DNA of 61,267 nt, the filler included, from Platydemus manokwari (Eukaryota): NCBI GenBank assembly GCA_037951405.1. It is 6 parts of 6 records of this genome, joined end to end, with 100 filler letters (N's around TTAATTAATTAA, not from the genome) between each part and the next. Parts side by side here need not be neighbours in the genome. Positions count along the whole stretch, not along the records: positions 20,325 to 29,319 come from JBBMOY011317316.1; positions 29,420 to 40,817 come from JBBMOY010702208.1; positions 40,918 to 51,574 come from JBBMOY011116219.1; 3 more parts are not named here. One strand, written 5' to 3'. The notes under the pieces were generated by a model. That model was not told the DNA's origin, made no database searches, and saw only the letters and a list, made by a program, of their open reading frames with translations. Shown here in pieces: positions 25,986-41,010 of this stretch. How positions within the stretch are numbered: the first letter of the stretch is position 1; each line of letters starts with the position of its first letter. A program made the translations under genes and the position numbers.

Positions 25986-28924
25986 TCTATTCAATTCATC
26001 AATATCTCTAATTCTCGATAAAAAAAAAAGACAAACTAATAATTATTGTGCGGTTTATTTAAAAATGCGATAAATGATTAAAATTCACATAGGATTAAAT
26101 TTATGAAAAATTGAGTCAAAGGATATGTTAAAAATAAACATGCCATATTGATATTTATAAAAGGATCTTGCTAAACAGTACTGTTAAACTGTCGGTATTA
26201 AAATAAAATTGAAAATTGTATTAAAAGGCTATAAAAATGTGGGAATATTTATATTTTGATAAAAAATGTAGTCAAATATGATGGATCGAATTTAAATGTG
26301 TTGGAAATGTGATGTAATAAATAATGTGTGTGTGTGCTGCTAAACAAAAACATGACTTCTGACTTAAATCTCAAAAATGAAGAATTATTGGCGACCAACA
26401 ATTGTGAAACGATTTGAAAGATGTTCAAGCTTGATAATACTTTATTTTCGGATGCCAACTCCATAAGGAATTACAAAAAATGATATTATATATTTAAAAA
26501 CTCGATATAAGCCTGTTCATTGGTTATTTATATAAATTGAGTTTGATATTTATAATAAATATTTATATCAAAGGTCACGTTATCTGTATCTGAGTTATTG
26601 GATGTTTTGCACTTTTATTTGAAATAGCATTTTTCTCCATTTTGATTAATATGATATCGTATATTTACAAAAAAACTAAACAATGGAAACTCCATTAAAC
26701 CAATAAATTTATGATAAAATCAGAACATTTTCAACTCAGTTCTTCATTAGAAATAAACCTTATGAGAAATAATGAATTCAAATCAATATTTTATATTGAA
26801 TATTTACCTAATTGGAAATATTCGAGATCAATAAAATAATAAAGCCAATCCGAGTGTATTCATTTGTAAAACATGATTTTATTTTTCAAAATAATAGCTT
26901 TGTTCACCATAAATGGGAATAAAATATTATTATAAGTTGATTGTGTTAAGCTCCTTTCAATATAGTGATTTAATAAACGCATACTTGAATAATTATGACA
27001 ACAGTTATCATTCGTCAAATCTATTCACAATACACATATTTGACAAATAATGATCACAAGATAAATCATTGATTGATGATGAATATGATGATGATGATGA
27101 AATGAAAATGATCTTGTTTATAAAAGATATAAAATAAAGGTGAATAACGATAGGTGTTGTATTGGACATGGTTTATACGTTGCCAAAACATTGAAAATTG
27201 TTTGTGTTAGGAGAATTTTATGGAAATAGTTCAGTGACGAAAAAATATCTAGAGCTCGAAGGAAACAAGACAATTTTAAACTATATTGATTTTATGATTT
27301 TAGACTGGAATAACAAAATGTGAAAGATGCTCATGTGAAGTCAAACGCATTCGTTTCAAATCACTTCAATTACAGTAATTACAATTTCAATGGTTCAGTT
27401 AAGGAACCGTTAATAAATTACTAAAATTAGCACGAATGAAAATGAATTTATTGAAACAAAGAATATTCCCGATTAAAAATACTTAATGTTATCCTATTGA
27501 ACTGAAAAATAAGAAGTCCCATTTCGATAAAAGGGGTCTTAAAATAAAATTTTTAATGTGTTGAGTGTATTTCAAAAATCAATATGGTTTGTCTGATTAC
27601 ATTCTGTAAAACATTTTGAATTTGTTATTTCAGTTGTTTGAAATCGAATATTAAATACACTGGAGCTTCATCATCTCCTAAAATTTGATTATTTGAAAAA
27701 TCGATCAAAATAGGTCAAATTGTAATTTATTGAAAATTATCGAAGACCCCTTTATTGATATTAGTACCAAATTTTAAGTTATTTTATGAAAACAAGTATT
27801 AGCAGACTTAAACACGACATGAGTTAACTAAGCCCATTTATGGTTGTATAAATTTAAATTTACAAAATCAAAAATCTGTGTAGAAGTGTTGCGATTAGAA
27901 AACTGTGTTTTCTCTCTAATGGAAATCCTAAACATTGAGGTATTAACTGAATTATTGGAATAAATTAAACATTTCAAAACAGTAAAAAGTCAAATAAAAA
28001 GCTAAACATTTTAATAAAAAATATTATTGCATAAAATTTGCTGCTGACTTCTTATTTGTTTTTCTGAGCCGACTTGTTGCAAACCCAGACGAAAGATTAC
28101 ACAAATTTAAAATTAACATCTGATAAAATTAAGTTATAAAATTACTTCATATACGAATATTCATCATTTCTTAACTTAAACCAAAATTTCCACCTCCTAT
28201 TCACTGTTTTCCCAGGTCGTAATTATTGGATTAATGAAATATTTTCATCACTCAGTGCTGATTCAAAAACATTTAAATATCCTGGTCACGTGATGTTTAA
28301 AAACCTTTGAAAAATATAATATATCAAGTAAATGAATATCTGTCATCCAAGTAGATATTATTCCCCACCAATCATTTACACGATATTTATCCTTTCATAT
28401 CAACAAGTATTCTCCTTAAATATGATCAACGAATCTGAGTAGGAAAAAGAAGAATTTGAGCAATAAGGTGTATAAATTTTATTTATATAAATCGATATTA
28501 TAAAATATTTTTTTCATATTGAATCTAATTTTTTAAATATTATTTTTCTATTAATCGATACTGAAAATATTTTATTGATTTTTATATATTAAAGTTCAAT
28601 ATTTTTAAAAACAAAATGTGTGTGTGTCGAGTGGTAATGTATGATATATTTGTTCCATTTCAAAACCGTTATCATCTCTAATAATCAGGTACTGTGACAC
28701 CAGCAGAATTTATCTATCAGTCAATACCAAATATTATCAAGCGTAACTCATTTAACAATTTCAAAATCGACCCTGATCCAATTCCCATATATGTTCCTGA
28801 ATCGAAGATGGAATCGATCAAAGTATCTGTTGATGATTCAGTTGATTCTTTTAATATCAAAAATAAAAGTTCTCATAAATTGACACGAATGGAAAAATGT
28901 ATGCTTGCACCTTTGACATTTTGA
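21923..28924 (+). CDS. Last three exons of an unidentified protein (approx. 21923-22300, 22356-22527, 28689-28924)
   Basis: Open exons with AG acceptors. The phase-1 donor AGCG|GTATGA at 22527 joins in frame to CAG|GTACTGTG at 28689, and the protein ends EKCMLAPLTF*. The first donor is uncertain. Confidence 0.5.
25951..25983. repeat. (TAT)n microsatellite
   Basis: Direct reading. Confidence 0.9.
27525..28179 (+). mobile_element. MITE family A copy
   Basis: Colinear with 50935-51523 (AAAGGGGTCTTAAAAT...CTCCTAAAATTTGATTATTTGAAAAA...TTTCTTAACTTAA). Confidence 0.7.
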
Positions 28925-29319
28925 GACAGACAGCTTTATACTTGTGAAATTGTTTCGATGACTAAAAGAGGTGTTTTAGTTTGACTTCATCACAACCACA
29001 TTCACCAGACAGTCAAAAACATCTACGTTTGATAATAATAATTTATTATTATTAATATATCACGGAAGTATTTTCTGATGTCTATCCCGGTATTTATTTA
29101 TATCACTGATGCTCGATAATTTCTGATATTGGAGATATTTTTAATATATTACTCGTATTCATTAATATTTACATATTTTTATATTATTTATGTGATGTTG
29201 TCCACATATTTACCTCTAATATCCTATATTATTAATCGATAATATATTACCAATAATTATCAATAATATTGTATTACCAATAATTGTCGATAATATTACA
29301 TATCAATATATTTATCTAT

Positions 29320-29419
29320 NNNNNNNNNNNNNNNNNNNNNNNNNNNNNNNNNNNNNNNNNNNNTTAATTAATTAANNNNNNNNNNNNNNNNNNNNNNNNN
29401 NNNNNNNNNNNNNNNNNNN
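29320..29419. other. Artificial contig spacer
   Basis: Same 100-bp linker. Confidence 0.95.
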
Positions 29420-30901
29420 AAAAGATTGAAAATAATTAAAATTAACAAAACCACACACATACATAATAGATGAATAATAATAAATTGGTAATGTTTAATG
29501 ATTATGACAATATATAATTATTTGTTAAAGTACTTTTACTTTTCGAATTCTTTAAATTAAATTCATTAAATTTATATTTGATTGATAATTCAATTATAAA
29601 TTTATTATTTTATTGAATCATTAATTATTAATTCATTAAATCATTTCCACATACCTATGTTCTTTGGAAATTATATCAGGATAATGTTAAAGTAAGTTCA
29701 AAATAATACACCAGATTTCTAAAAGTTCATCAATAATGTTGACAAACAAATCGAAGGTCAAGTAGCAAATCTTAATTTGACACATCAATTATGCTTCGAA
29801 TTTGTGTGAGCTTAACTAATTAAGATTTATTTATTATTAGTTTTCTGTTTATTTATAAATTAGTCATAAATATATAATCTGGAAATCAAGCATTTTGTGG
29901 AAACGAAGGCTTTGTGATATTTGCTTAGTGTCAGACTATTGAAGGAGAACAAATTTAGTAAAACTTTACAAACATAACAATGGTTCTATATCTAGAATTA
30001 AATCAATTTTCAAAATATTTTTATCCAAGCAAGTCTTGAGTTATTCATTTTACTTCATTTGTTTACTTAGGAAATACAAATATTACCCATACCATGATTA
30101 TATCATTAATCCTATAAGATAGAAAATGTACTCATTTCTCTTAATTAAAATATGACTTGGTCCAATAATTTAAAAGAATTCGTATGTCAAAAAATATAAT
30201 TTTAATATAATGTGAATTAATCATGATATTATGTAAATTTTCAGCAACGTGCGTTGCAAATAAATAAATTTTCAATTAGATGTAAATAATATTCTTAATA
30301 TTAAATTAAAGTCAAAGTAAATACTGACCACAATAAACACGAATTGACTATTTTTAGTTCATTTTAATTTTCAAATTATATCAAATTTACAATTCGTAAT
30401 AATATTTTATCAAAACAAATGTATAATCAGTTGGATACTATCCACAGATACCATATATTCAAACAAGAAATATTTATTACAAGTTTGATGAAACAGTAAT
30501 GTATTAAATTTTAAAATTAAATTATATTGGAAGTCAAGAATCTATATTCGCATGTGTATTTTAGATTGATTTTCTTATTAATTTAATCTTGAACTTAGAT
30601 TTAAAGTTTAAATATCTGTAAAATTTATTTTGCATATTAAATTAAATTCATTTCATTTTAAAATTAAATTTTATCATTGTCAATATATATTCAGAACTCT
30701 TTTTATACAAAGTGAAATAAAATGATAAATAAATTGAACAAGAATTCGTCTTAATTTTTATAAGAGATTTTAATAACTATTTGAAAACATGATTTATCAC
30801 ATGATATTGTGTTTAAATTAAGTAAAAGCTTTATATTTTTTAGTTAGACATAATTTTTGATATACATTGAAGTGTATCCATATTTGTTGTTATCCCTTGT
30901 C

Positions 30902-32646
30902 ATGATAACATTAAGTGAGAGATTGCAACTAGAACTGAGAAATCGAGATCCTTCTGAAGTATATTTATGGTCGGTTGTAATGCTACTTAACAATTTATTA
31001 CAGATAACAGAACTAATATTAGATAATTCCAAGGCTAATGAAATTGAAGGATTAGACAGTACCTATATCAATCTTCGTGAATTATCATTAGTAAATGTTG
31101 GCCTTACAACGCTCAAAGGATTCCCATCACTTCCTAATCTGGAAAAAGTTGTTCTTAGGTTTTATATTATATTTTAACATGTCTTGCAGTTGGATCTTAG
31201 CGACAATAAAATATCAACTGGATTAGAAAACTTAACAAAATGTAGTAAATTGTCACAGTTATTATTAACAAACAATCGTTTTAAAAATATAAAGGACTTG
31301 GAATGCTTAGCAAGTTTTAGTCATTTAGAGATTTTAGATCTATTTAATTGCACTGTATCACTTGAAGAAAATTATCGAAAAGAAATATTTAGTCTTGTTC
31401 CAACTTTAAAGTATTTAGATGGTTTCGATGAGTATGTTTGTATAGTTAATTAAATAATACTATATTCAATGATTTATAAAAGGAAAAACGAAGAAGAATT
31501 GAATGAAAGTGAGGATTATGAAGATGAAGAAGAAGGTGAACTTGGGACTGAATCAAATATTAAAGATGTTTACGAATTGTCAGATGAAAGTGAATCGGAA
31601 GAGGAGGAAGAATATGAAAATGAAGGTTACCTAATTTTATTAAAATCAAATTGTTTATTTTATTTTTAAGTGATTGTATCAATAGACAGTAGTAATGAAT
31701 CTAATTACAAAAATATAATAACGCTTAAATTGTTAATAGTAAATATTCCAAAAATTGTCTATCACTGATTGGATTTTCGCATGTTTTAATCACATGTGTG
31801 ATTACATTAATATGTCGCCTCAAATGTTTGATATTAAGTTTCGTTGACAATAATAGTATTTAATAGAAATCAATAATAAAAAATACTTCTAATAATCGTT
31901 GTTTGTCCCAAAAAAATATTGATTAAGAGAAGTCGTTAATTTTTTACACGTGTATGGTCTATTTGTTTACATGGAAGATTATGAGATTGAGGGGGGTGGG
32001 TTTGGCAAATATGTTGGTTAAATTCAGTGGGTATTTTGATTTATAAGTACTTAGTTGCCCGCTTTTGTGAATATTTCCAATTCTAATTAACTCTTTGTCT
32101 CAAGTGGTTCAATGGAATAATATTGTGTCATTATTGATTGGTATTTATGTGAATTTCATTTGTATTTCAGAAGTTCTCAACACAAATCGAACCAGTGGTA
32201 AAGCTCCGAACACTGGGGGCAAGGATATGAATCTGTATCCGAATGAAGTTGTCGAAATTTCCGATGAAGAAGAGCTTGACGATAATATCGATGAATACGA
32301 TGAAGACGACGATTACGATGAGAAAGCTCTCGACGATATCATTGAAACCAATGGTAAAAGCAAAGTCAACAATTACGTCACCGAATCCGATGATGATGAT
32401 GATGACGATGACGAGGAAGACGAAGAAGGTGATGATGTCGATGAATCGTCGTTGAATGGTGATACGAATTCATTGATTAATGGTATCGATAAGATCGATG
32501 AAGAGATTTTACCGACATCTTTGAAACGAAAATACGATAATGCTTTTGAGGAATGTTATGATGAGGAATCTTGTGATATCAAATCTTTAAGAAATAATTC
32601 AGATTTCGAATTGACTGATGAGTCGTCATTGCTTGATAAAGTGTAA
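30902..32646 (+). CDS. ANP32: Acidic leucine-rich nuclear phosphoprotein 32 family; exons 30902-30958, 31004-31147, 31190-31431, 31483-31625, 32171-32646
   Basis: RLQLELRNRDPSE|ITELILDN, LRRs (LSLVNVGLTTLKGFPSLPNLEKLDLSDN), LRR cap YRKEIFSLVPTLKYLDGFD, D/E-rich tail and KRK NLS. All GT-AG junctions are phase-compatible. Confidence 0.95.
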
Positions 32647-35429
32647 AAATTGTGGGGTTTTTTTTGTAAAAATGATGCTGTTTAACAAAAAAAAAAGAAA
32701 AATAATGATGATGATGATGAGTGCAGCTATTTGTATTATATAATCTCAGCGACTGTAAAAATTGTAGTGTATCCTCCTGTACAGTAGTACATATTCTGAT
32801 TGATTATTTTTTGGAAAAAAATATGTAATATTTATCTCTCTATTTATTGCCCTCCTAATCGATGACAACATTTTCATGGTGTGTACATTTAATATTTGAA
32901 ATTCCGATTCGAAATGGTTTATATATATACATATATTCTTCAATGCTTATTTAATCAATAATTATGATAATTATTTGTTTATTGATTGTTGACAAGAACG
33001 GTTCAACTAAAAATTTTTAATTAAATAGAATCACATTTTTATTGGACTTTGATTTATATAATCCTTGATTTGAGGCAAATAATTTGATTGTTTATCAGAA
33101 TATTTTTGAAATTGTTTACAAATATTTTGTTTGTTTTTTTTATTTGTTTTATAATTTCCATGTAATTAGTGTCTGATATCAAATTTGGTGTGGCAGATTA
33201 GTAATGATGCTGATATTTTTAAAAAAAAATTAATTAATTTTTGAAAAAACTTTGTTATTGATTCATGTATGTACATGATTTATTTGATTTCAAGCTATCT
33301 ATGCAGCGCGCTTATCAAACAGTCGGTAGCAGAGATAGCTGTGCTCTGGTTTAAAAAATCAAGAAATTATTTTTTTAAATTTGAAACACTTTATTAAGAT
33401 TGATTTGGATTAAATAGCTATTTTTAGAATTGTCTCTAAATGTCAATGAGTTTCTTTATAAAAGGATGAAATGTTATAACTGATTTTTGAAAAAATTATT
33501 GTCTGACTGATAGTCGGTATTATATTAATAAGTGAATTAAGATATTTTCTATTGAAAATATTCAAGTAGACTACTTTGTGAATTATACCTGTTTAATTTA
33601 TAGATACTTAATTGGTTTTTACTGTCGGGAATATGCGAATGGAAATTTTGTCGCCATTATGTTTGCTCATTTGTCTATCAGATTTTTGCAATACGATTCC
33701 ATAATTATAATACTAACGGATAAACTTTTTCAAGGTCATTTCGTTGTTTCGTATCGTATTTAGTTATTTGGGTATTGCATTGGATTTGTTTTATTATTTT
33801 TAAATCCCTCATTAATCTTATAAATTCCAATAAGTAGTTTGCCTAAAAATCCATTTTTTCGTATTTGATTTCTTTACTTAATGTTATGATCACTCCAATG
33901 ATATGAAGATTTTGTAGAATTTTATTTATAGCCAAGCTTTTAGTTGATAACAAAAATAGTACACAAATCTAGTTGTAATTGCTGGTGATATCCAAAATCT
34001 ATGATTTAGAATCATCTAATATTATTTTGATAAATACAGTTCAATTCGTTAATACTGACTAAATTCGATGTATTGTGTTTGTGACAATTGGATAATCAAT
34101 ATTTATTAATAATATACGCTGATGAACAACACAAGTTCGTGATGGAATATTATTCGCAAGATATAATTTAATCGTTCTCACTAAAGAAAATTCGGGAAGA
34201 TGGTCTACTGATAAATTTAGTTATAATATGTCTTCGAAAATATTCTTTATCAGGATCGTCTTTTAAATGCTAAATAAATATTCACAAATGATGTTTAATC
34301 TGCCTTTAAAAATGCGAAAATAATATCTTAAATTATGTCCTTGAGTACTTTGTCTTTGTTTATATATTATTTTCTGCCTCCACAAAAATTTATGCTATAA
34401 TTATTATAATTGTCCATCCTTTTGATTCTATTTTTAGTCTTTTTACTTTGAATAATTACCGTGATTTTTCTCTGACTGTTTTGTTGATTGATTTGAATTA
34501 CATTTTATAGCAATATTTTCATCATCATTAGATTTATTGCAAGGATCTTCGACTATTTTATTTATTTGTTGATTCCATCTTCTAAATTAAAATCTTAATC
34601 TTCCCTGTTGTACTGGCACTATTATAACATGATACATTTACACTCATTATTGAATAAGAAAGATACGTACGCAATGTAATACGCATACACACTAAACTAT
34701 TATAAAGTTAAGATGAGATGTTAGACTCACTGAATTTAATTGAGCTTCTTTGTTTTGATTTCTGAATTGATATTCTGGGTGTGTTGTGTCCCAGGTTTCG
34801 AATTGGTTTCTTTTGGCTGATCTCACTGTATTACTTGTGCTTGTTGCTAGCAGTCAGCTACAATATTTTCTGTATGAACAAAGCACGAAATCATTATCAA
34901 ATTTATTTACTTATATTAAGATAACAAATCTATGCAAAATCTAAACAACGATAACAATTTATAATTAATATTGAATAACTTCCTTCTCTCATTGGTTTTG
35001 GAGATTTTACCAACAATTCAATTCTTCCTATTTTGGACTGTCTTGGGAAGTCAATAAGCACTCGATGATTTTTGGTAGCGTGTAAAATAAGTGAGAAATA
35101 GACAGCGTGGCTTTATTATAATAACGTAAATGTTGTGATTTTTAAAGGGGTAAGCTATCTTGATTTAAAATTGGTTCGTAAATACTTAAAAAAATTTTAA
35201 GTGTGAATAGATGAGTTTTTTAGGGTGTGAGTAACCTGTTTTCGAAAAATTCCATCAGTAGGTTTAGAACTTGATCATACCCTTACTTGTGATAATTTAA
35301 CTGGAATAATTGTAAAGGTATGAGTAGTATGAGCATATTTAATTAAAAAATTACCAATTTTAAACCAGAATTTTTGAACGAGTACTTCTTGTTGAGATCA
35401 AATTTTGTATCTTTTTTGCTTCTTTTTCC

Positions 35430-36300
35430 TTCTTTATAATGGAAATAGAAGTCCGGGAAATTGAGTGAGAATGGGAATAAAGTAAATTAAAGAAAAAGAT
35501 CGCATCCAGTAAATATATGCATTCCAACAAACTAATATTGAAACCAAAGATAAGCATGTCTACTCGAAAATCTAGTGGACGGCCATTAGGATCAGCAAAT
35601 GCAGTGAAAAGGATGATAGAAAAAGCCAATCCGTACGGATATATGATCAGAGAACGCTTATAATAACATCCGCGGCACAAATAAAGCAAAAAATCAGGAT
35701 ACAAATAAACCAACCGTGATCAAACGACCAAAATGTCTCAATGGCATTAAGAAAAAACAAGATGATAATATAAAAAATTCGACAATATTTAAAGGCAATA
35801 AATTATTTATTGTGTACACATAAGTGCAATGAGTGGCACAAGGTGAATAGATTATGAGAACTGATAAATTCAATCAAAAATACATTAAAGGAAATACAAT
35901 ATTGTGGCAATAAAGAAAAATTGAAAACTGTGGTACAATCAGTAAATTAATAAGAAACGACAGTTGGAAGAGTTGCGATTACGTTAAGTACGATGCCTAA
36001 AAATGTAGATAAGGTAATAATAAGTATTTATGAGAAGCAGAAATAATGTATGACAAATATAACAGGTGATAAATGAATTAGGGAATTGACTCCTAGAGTT
36101 ACTGCATATGAGTAAGAATGCCAGTACAATCAGAACAAGGACCCATGACATGATTAGCAAACATTATTCACCATATACGTAATACGTGCTATAGAAGGAG
36201 TAGAGACAGGAATTAGTGAATATGATTGCAACATACCACGGCGGTGAAAGAAATATTCGTTATTGGGCATAGATGGATGCTCAGAACACTATCCGGTATA
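35430..36300 (+). pseudogene. Second retroelement copy: linker and glycoprotein N-terminus
   Basis: QTLFTIYVIRAIEGVETGISEYDCNIPRR*KKYSLLGIDGCSEHYPV matches copy 1 QTLLTMYLVGLIGVDAGIGGYDCGKPQWGQKHSLDTDKC/PEAYPV. Upstream YGYMIRE, KIRQYLKA and NKEKLKTVV..TVGRVAITL match the copy 1 linker. Confidence 0.7.
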
Positions 36301-36949
36301 TGGACAATTCTGTTATTTATTTATGCTTATTTTGATGTTCTTTATTTCGCAATTTGTATTGACGGTATTTGACAATTGAGAAGACATTTGCTGTCAGTGT
36401 TAGAAGTCAAAAAAATGGTTATACGCAATAATGAAATAAATAATAATATAATGTCACAAAATATATTAACAATAATCATACCAAAATAAATTATTAACCT
36501 AAAATTATAATAATCTAGAATTGAAAATTAATATGACCATTTGTATAAGATATAGAATAATAAAACCAATAATTCCAATCAGCAAATGTTAAATTCCAAA
36601 TAAAATCATATCAAATCGCATGTCAATATGTCAAAAACCTTCTATTGGAGTCGTGTGGGAGTTGACAAAAGTGTTTTAAATCTTGAGCCACATTAGGAGT
36701 GACCATCAGAATAAAAACAAGAGAGTAAATCTTAAGAAGAAAGAAATCTCAAGAATTAATAAAGGACTTTATTCGAATTACTTACGACAAGGTAAAATTT
36801 TCAACTGTGAGCAGAAAAAATCAAGTAGTGTATTTTTAAATTGCTGTCATGTGATTTTTGTAATAAATTTTTAAATTTCTTGTCATTGCATTATTATTTA
36901 AATAATAATTTGATAACTTTAATGCCGTATAATTGAAGAATCTTTCCAA

Positions 36950-38560
36950 TGAAGACCTTTGTTTCTATCATTCAAGACCAAGGGCATGTCCGCCCTCAAC
37001 ATCAAAGGATAAAGTGGGCCCTTTTTGATCATAACGAACCTACTATCGATGAAACCCGTCTCACATCAGCCAGATATAATGCCAAATATAATAATGCCGA
37101 ACATTTTCGGGGCTCTCGCAACCAACACAAATATATTATCGACCTTGAAATTTGAGCACCGCACATTCTCTGTCAAACTAATCACCGTTATTTCAAAACC
37201 TGCTGAAGATAAATTGTTCAATAGATGACTCCACTGAAGCAATCGGACCTAATGTCAAAATATCAAATCCAGATACTCAATATCTGTGTAATTCAGCCAT
37301 AAAGCTCAAAATTTGTCCAAATCTAACCAACTTCTGACTACTTAGCAACTATCTGGATATCCTATCTTTTTCCTTCAAAGGCTGTCAACAATATGCGAAG
37401 ACAATTGATCACTTCTTATCTCCCAATCAAGCAGATGTCAAGCAGTCCAAATATATCAAAAAATAACTAAAAACAGGCAAACACCGCACACTAAACGAGC
37501 TCCTCTCACTCCTGAGCTGGTGATGGAATCAACGCATGAACAAGGACATCAATGTTTTCCAGCCTCCTCATCCTTTCCCCCAGAAGTCCAAGAACACTTT
37601 CAACAATTCCATTATCTAAATACACCTTCTAAATTTACTTTTCAATGCTACTGTTGATTCATTAGAGCAGTGGTCCCCTCGAAGCTACATTTGTATCAGC
37701 ATAATATTGAAATCCTGCAAATCAATCAGACTCTTCTTCAATCTTCAAACCACATGTACTAGAAGTCTATTTTTTCACGGAAATGTCCAATTTCAAACCA
37801 GGTAAACATTCAAATTTTCACATTGTCTCATCATGAAGGCCAAAGCTCTCAAGGATACATCATAAGGAATCTTTGTAACTATCCTTAAACTTTGGTTTCT
37901 TAACTGAAACTAGGAAGGCAATCTTCTCTCTCCAAATCAAAAAGCAATGCTTACCTTTGACCGATGCGCCGAACACAATAACTATTTATTAACTCTATTA
38001 GAATATATCACTGAATATCACAAAAATATACACCTCTGCTGGATTGACTTGAAAGAAGAATTTAAATTTTACCATATCATGTCATATGGTACGCATTTGT
38101 CAAAATTGAATGTAACTCTCACTAAATATAAATGGTCAAAGTTCTGTACCAGGATCCAAAATCAACCTACTCTTACGGCCAACTTAAGACACCACTAATT
38201 CCTATCTTTTGCGATGTCAAGCAAAAGATGTCGTTAATCGACTTTCTCATCAGATCATCTCTAATACTTCCAGAGCCATTGACCAACAATTGACACGAAT
38301 TCTCAACTCCAGCCTAAGCCGATGGCATAGTCATCTTAGGAAATTCCGGCCAAAACCTCGAACTTAGACTGAATCATTTCATTAAAGATGCGAGAGACAT
38401 TCATCGATGTGCTTAAGTGTGTGTACAATACAAAAGTTAGAATTTTTGATCAAGCAGTGTTGACTGTTGACAACACCAACTTCAACAAAAACTTGGAAGT
38501 AACATTCAGTCTTCCAAAGCGAGCACTACAATCCATCATAACGAATTTTGAAGTAGTGGA
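36950..38560 (+). mobile_element. Degenerate non-LTR retrotransposon (R2/NeSL-like RT fragment)
   Basis: FDRCAEHNNYLL...KNIHLCWIDLKEEF resembles GCxEH...WxDLxxAF of RLE-clade RTs, and a VKQ remnant lies near 38215. C/A-rich composition. Boundaries approximate. Confidence 0.6.
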
Positions 38561-38579
38561 CACATAGTGAGTAAGGTAA

Positions 38580-39310
38580 TGGAACACGTGGTACTGAAGA
38601 GCAATTAATAATGTACAAGACTAATTCTTACAAATGCCCATTAATGTTACTGAAAAAAGCAAAATTTAGAGAAATTAAAGTGACATTGTTCAAGGAAATT
38701 AATTTTTTAAAGAATTAAATATAGGCACGCCAACAGACACAGTAGAAATAAAAATGAAAGAAACACCAGTACTATATATGGCTAATAAAACCAGTATTGT
38801 AATGGGATTTTGCCTTAAGGAGTTGATAAGAAGTGTGCACAACAATGGATAGTCACAAATTACAAGGGGATGTCTCTAGGTGAATATGAAATGAAAATGT
38901 AAAAACAGAGCTGAGCAAGTAGGGGTTAAGTTATCCCAGTATTTCGACAACAAAATTGATTATTTTTATCACCTTAATTAGATATATTTGAAGAAAATGT
39001 ACATGGGAATGCTGTTTAACAAATCTAAGACAAGGCGCGAAGTTTTACAAGCAAATATTGTTTTATCAGTAACAAATTAGGAACTGATAGTTCCATTGAT
39101 ATTTGATGATAAAGAAACGTTCGAAAGAGTAGTAGGAGATATTACTTTCATATTTCAATGCAGAATGGTGAACAATTTACTAACTAGGAAATATGACTAC
39201 TATGTAAATGAAATGAATATAATATACAACAATAGACAGCTATTCTTATAACCAGAAACAAGAATTGTATTGAGAGAAAATTGCAAAGCAGTAAAAAGAG
39301 GCTTATATTC
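38580..39310 (+). pseudogene. env: Second retroelement copy: central part of the chuvirus-like glycoprotein
   Basis: DKKCAQQWIVTNYKG..LSQYFDNKIDYFYHL..ELIVPLIFDDKETFERVVG..NEMNIIYNNRQLFL*PETRIVL aligns with ORFs 1090-1425 and 536-1099. Confidence 0.85.
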
Positions 39311-39522
39311 AAACAAGCTAAATCTCATAAAGATATCTTAAGAAATCACTGGAAAATAATAACCAATCGGAAGCCATAGATAAGATACATCTATTATTAA
39401 CATTCGCTATTAGTTGGAACGTCGCGAGTATTTTCCAGTCCGGAGAAAATCAAACAATAAATCAGTCAAGCGTAAAATGAACTCTCCTGGCTACATAAAC
39501 AAAAATAATTTTTAAATCTTAA

Positions 39523-39755
39523 CCCTTTCAACACGACTTTTGGCCAGTGAAAATATTTTTATATAACTGAACTATATGTGCTGCAAGTAAATAAAGGAAC
39601 ACATTTACATAATTTCAGGTTTTTAGAAAATATGGTTTTTTGAAAAAATGCCTTGGGACACATATGTCTCTGCAGTAGTTTAATGCGAACAATTTTCGCA
39701 TCAGTAATTTTTGAATATTCTCTGGGGCTTATATATCCCCGCAGTATTGAAAGGG
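39523..39755. mobile_element. piggyBac-type MITE (233 bp)
   Basis: TTAA|CCCTTTCAA...TTGAAAGGG|TTAA, with duplicated palindromic subterminal motifs GGGACACATATGTCTC / GGGGCTTATATATCCCC. Confidence 0.85.
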
Positions 39756-40817
39756 TTAAGATCGTAGACTAAGAATTCATACAGTTTTGTCTTTATACTA
39801 GTTAATGAAGCTCTCCAGAACTAGTATAAATAAATATTAAAATCCTAAATTTATTTTATTTCTTTTTTCTTCTTTCTTGGTTAATAAAGGCCAATCAATT
39901 TTTTATTTAATAATTTTTGTTTTACTTAGAATTTTTTTTTATTTTGTGACTTTCTTTCTTAACTTTTTAATTTTTATTAATTATTTTATTAATTATAATT
40001 GTATTTTAGTTGTCTATCATTGTTAAGAGACTCACCCGCCCTATCACTTCCAACTTAACATAAAAAATCTATAATTTCCAACCAAATATACAATATTCAA
40101 TCCTCACATGATTTTACTACATCTATGGTATCCAACAAAACATAAAATCTAAACCGAATTCAAAATATACAATATCGATCTGAATTTGATCCTAAACGTT
40201 CAACTCAATTAAACTAAATATATTTCATACAACAATTGAACTCTTACTTTGTTTTTGCTTATGATTGATGTGTTGTGAAAATAGTTTACAAAAAATATTT
40301 ATGGACTAGAAATAATATTTTATAAATATTGCATGAATATGATTTTATAAATTTTGTATGTTTGTAATCTTTTAAATTGTAAGTCAGAGTAAATAAAAGA
40401 GGCGACAAAGATCAAATAAAAATCATTAAAATCCTGAATAATATATATATATATATATATAGTCTAAAATAATAGTGTGACACAAGGAAGTCAATACTTA
40501 ATTTACCAACTCTTAAGTTTCTAAAATATATTCGCCTTGTTTGATAAAGTTCCTTGTTTAATTCAATTATTAATGCTATTAAACTCAATTTCATGGATTG
40601 ATGAGAATACAATGATTCAAAATCATGCATCAATTTATGGTAAAGATATGTAAAGGATTTATAACAGTTTGTGATAGTCATTGACTATGACTTAAATATT
40701 TTTTGAAATTATTGAGAATACTCTTAATATTGCTTTAAAGTGACGAAGTACAGGTGTTTAATGTAACTACAATATGATGATATTATATATTGAGCAATAG
40801 TAGTTCATATATGTCTT

Positions 40818-40917
40818 NNNNNNNNNNNNNNNNNNNNNNNNNNNNNNNNNNNNNNNNNNNNTTAATTAATTAANNNNNNNNNNNNNNNNNNNNNNNNNNN
40901 NNNNNNNNNNNNNNNNN
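40818..40917. other. Artificial contig spacer
   Basis: Same 100-bp linker. Confidence 0.95.
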
Positions 40918-41010
40918 TATATATTCACTTATTGATGGATTATTATTATATCTCAGATAATCACATGATAAATAAAGTCAAAAATATTTCTTTATATTCA
41001 TGTTTTTCAG

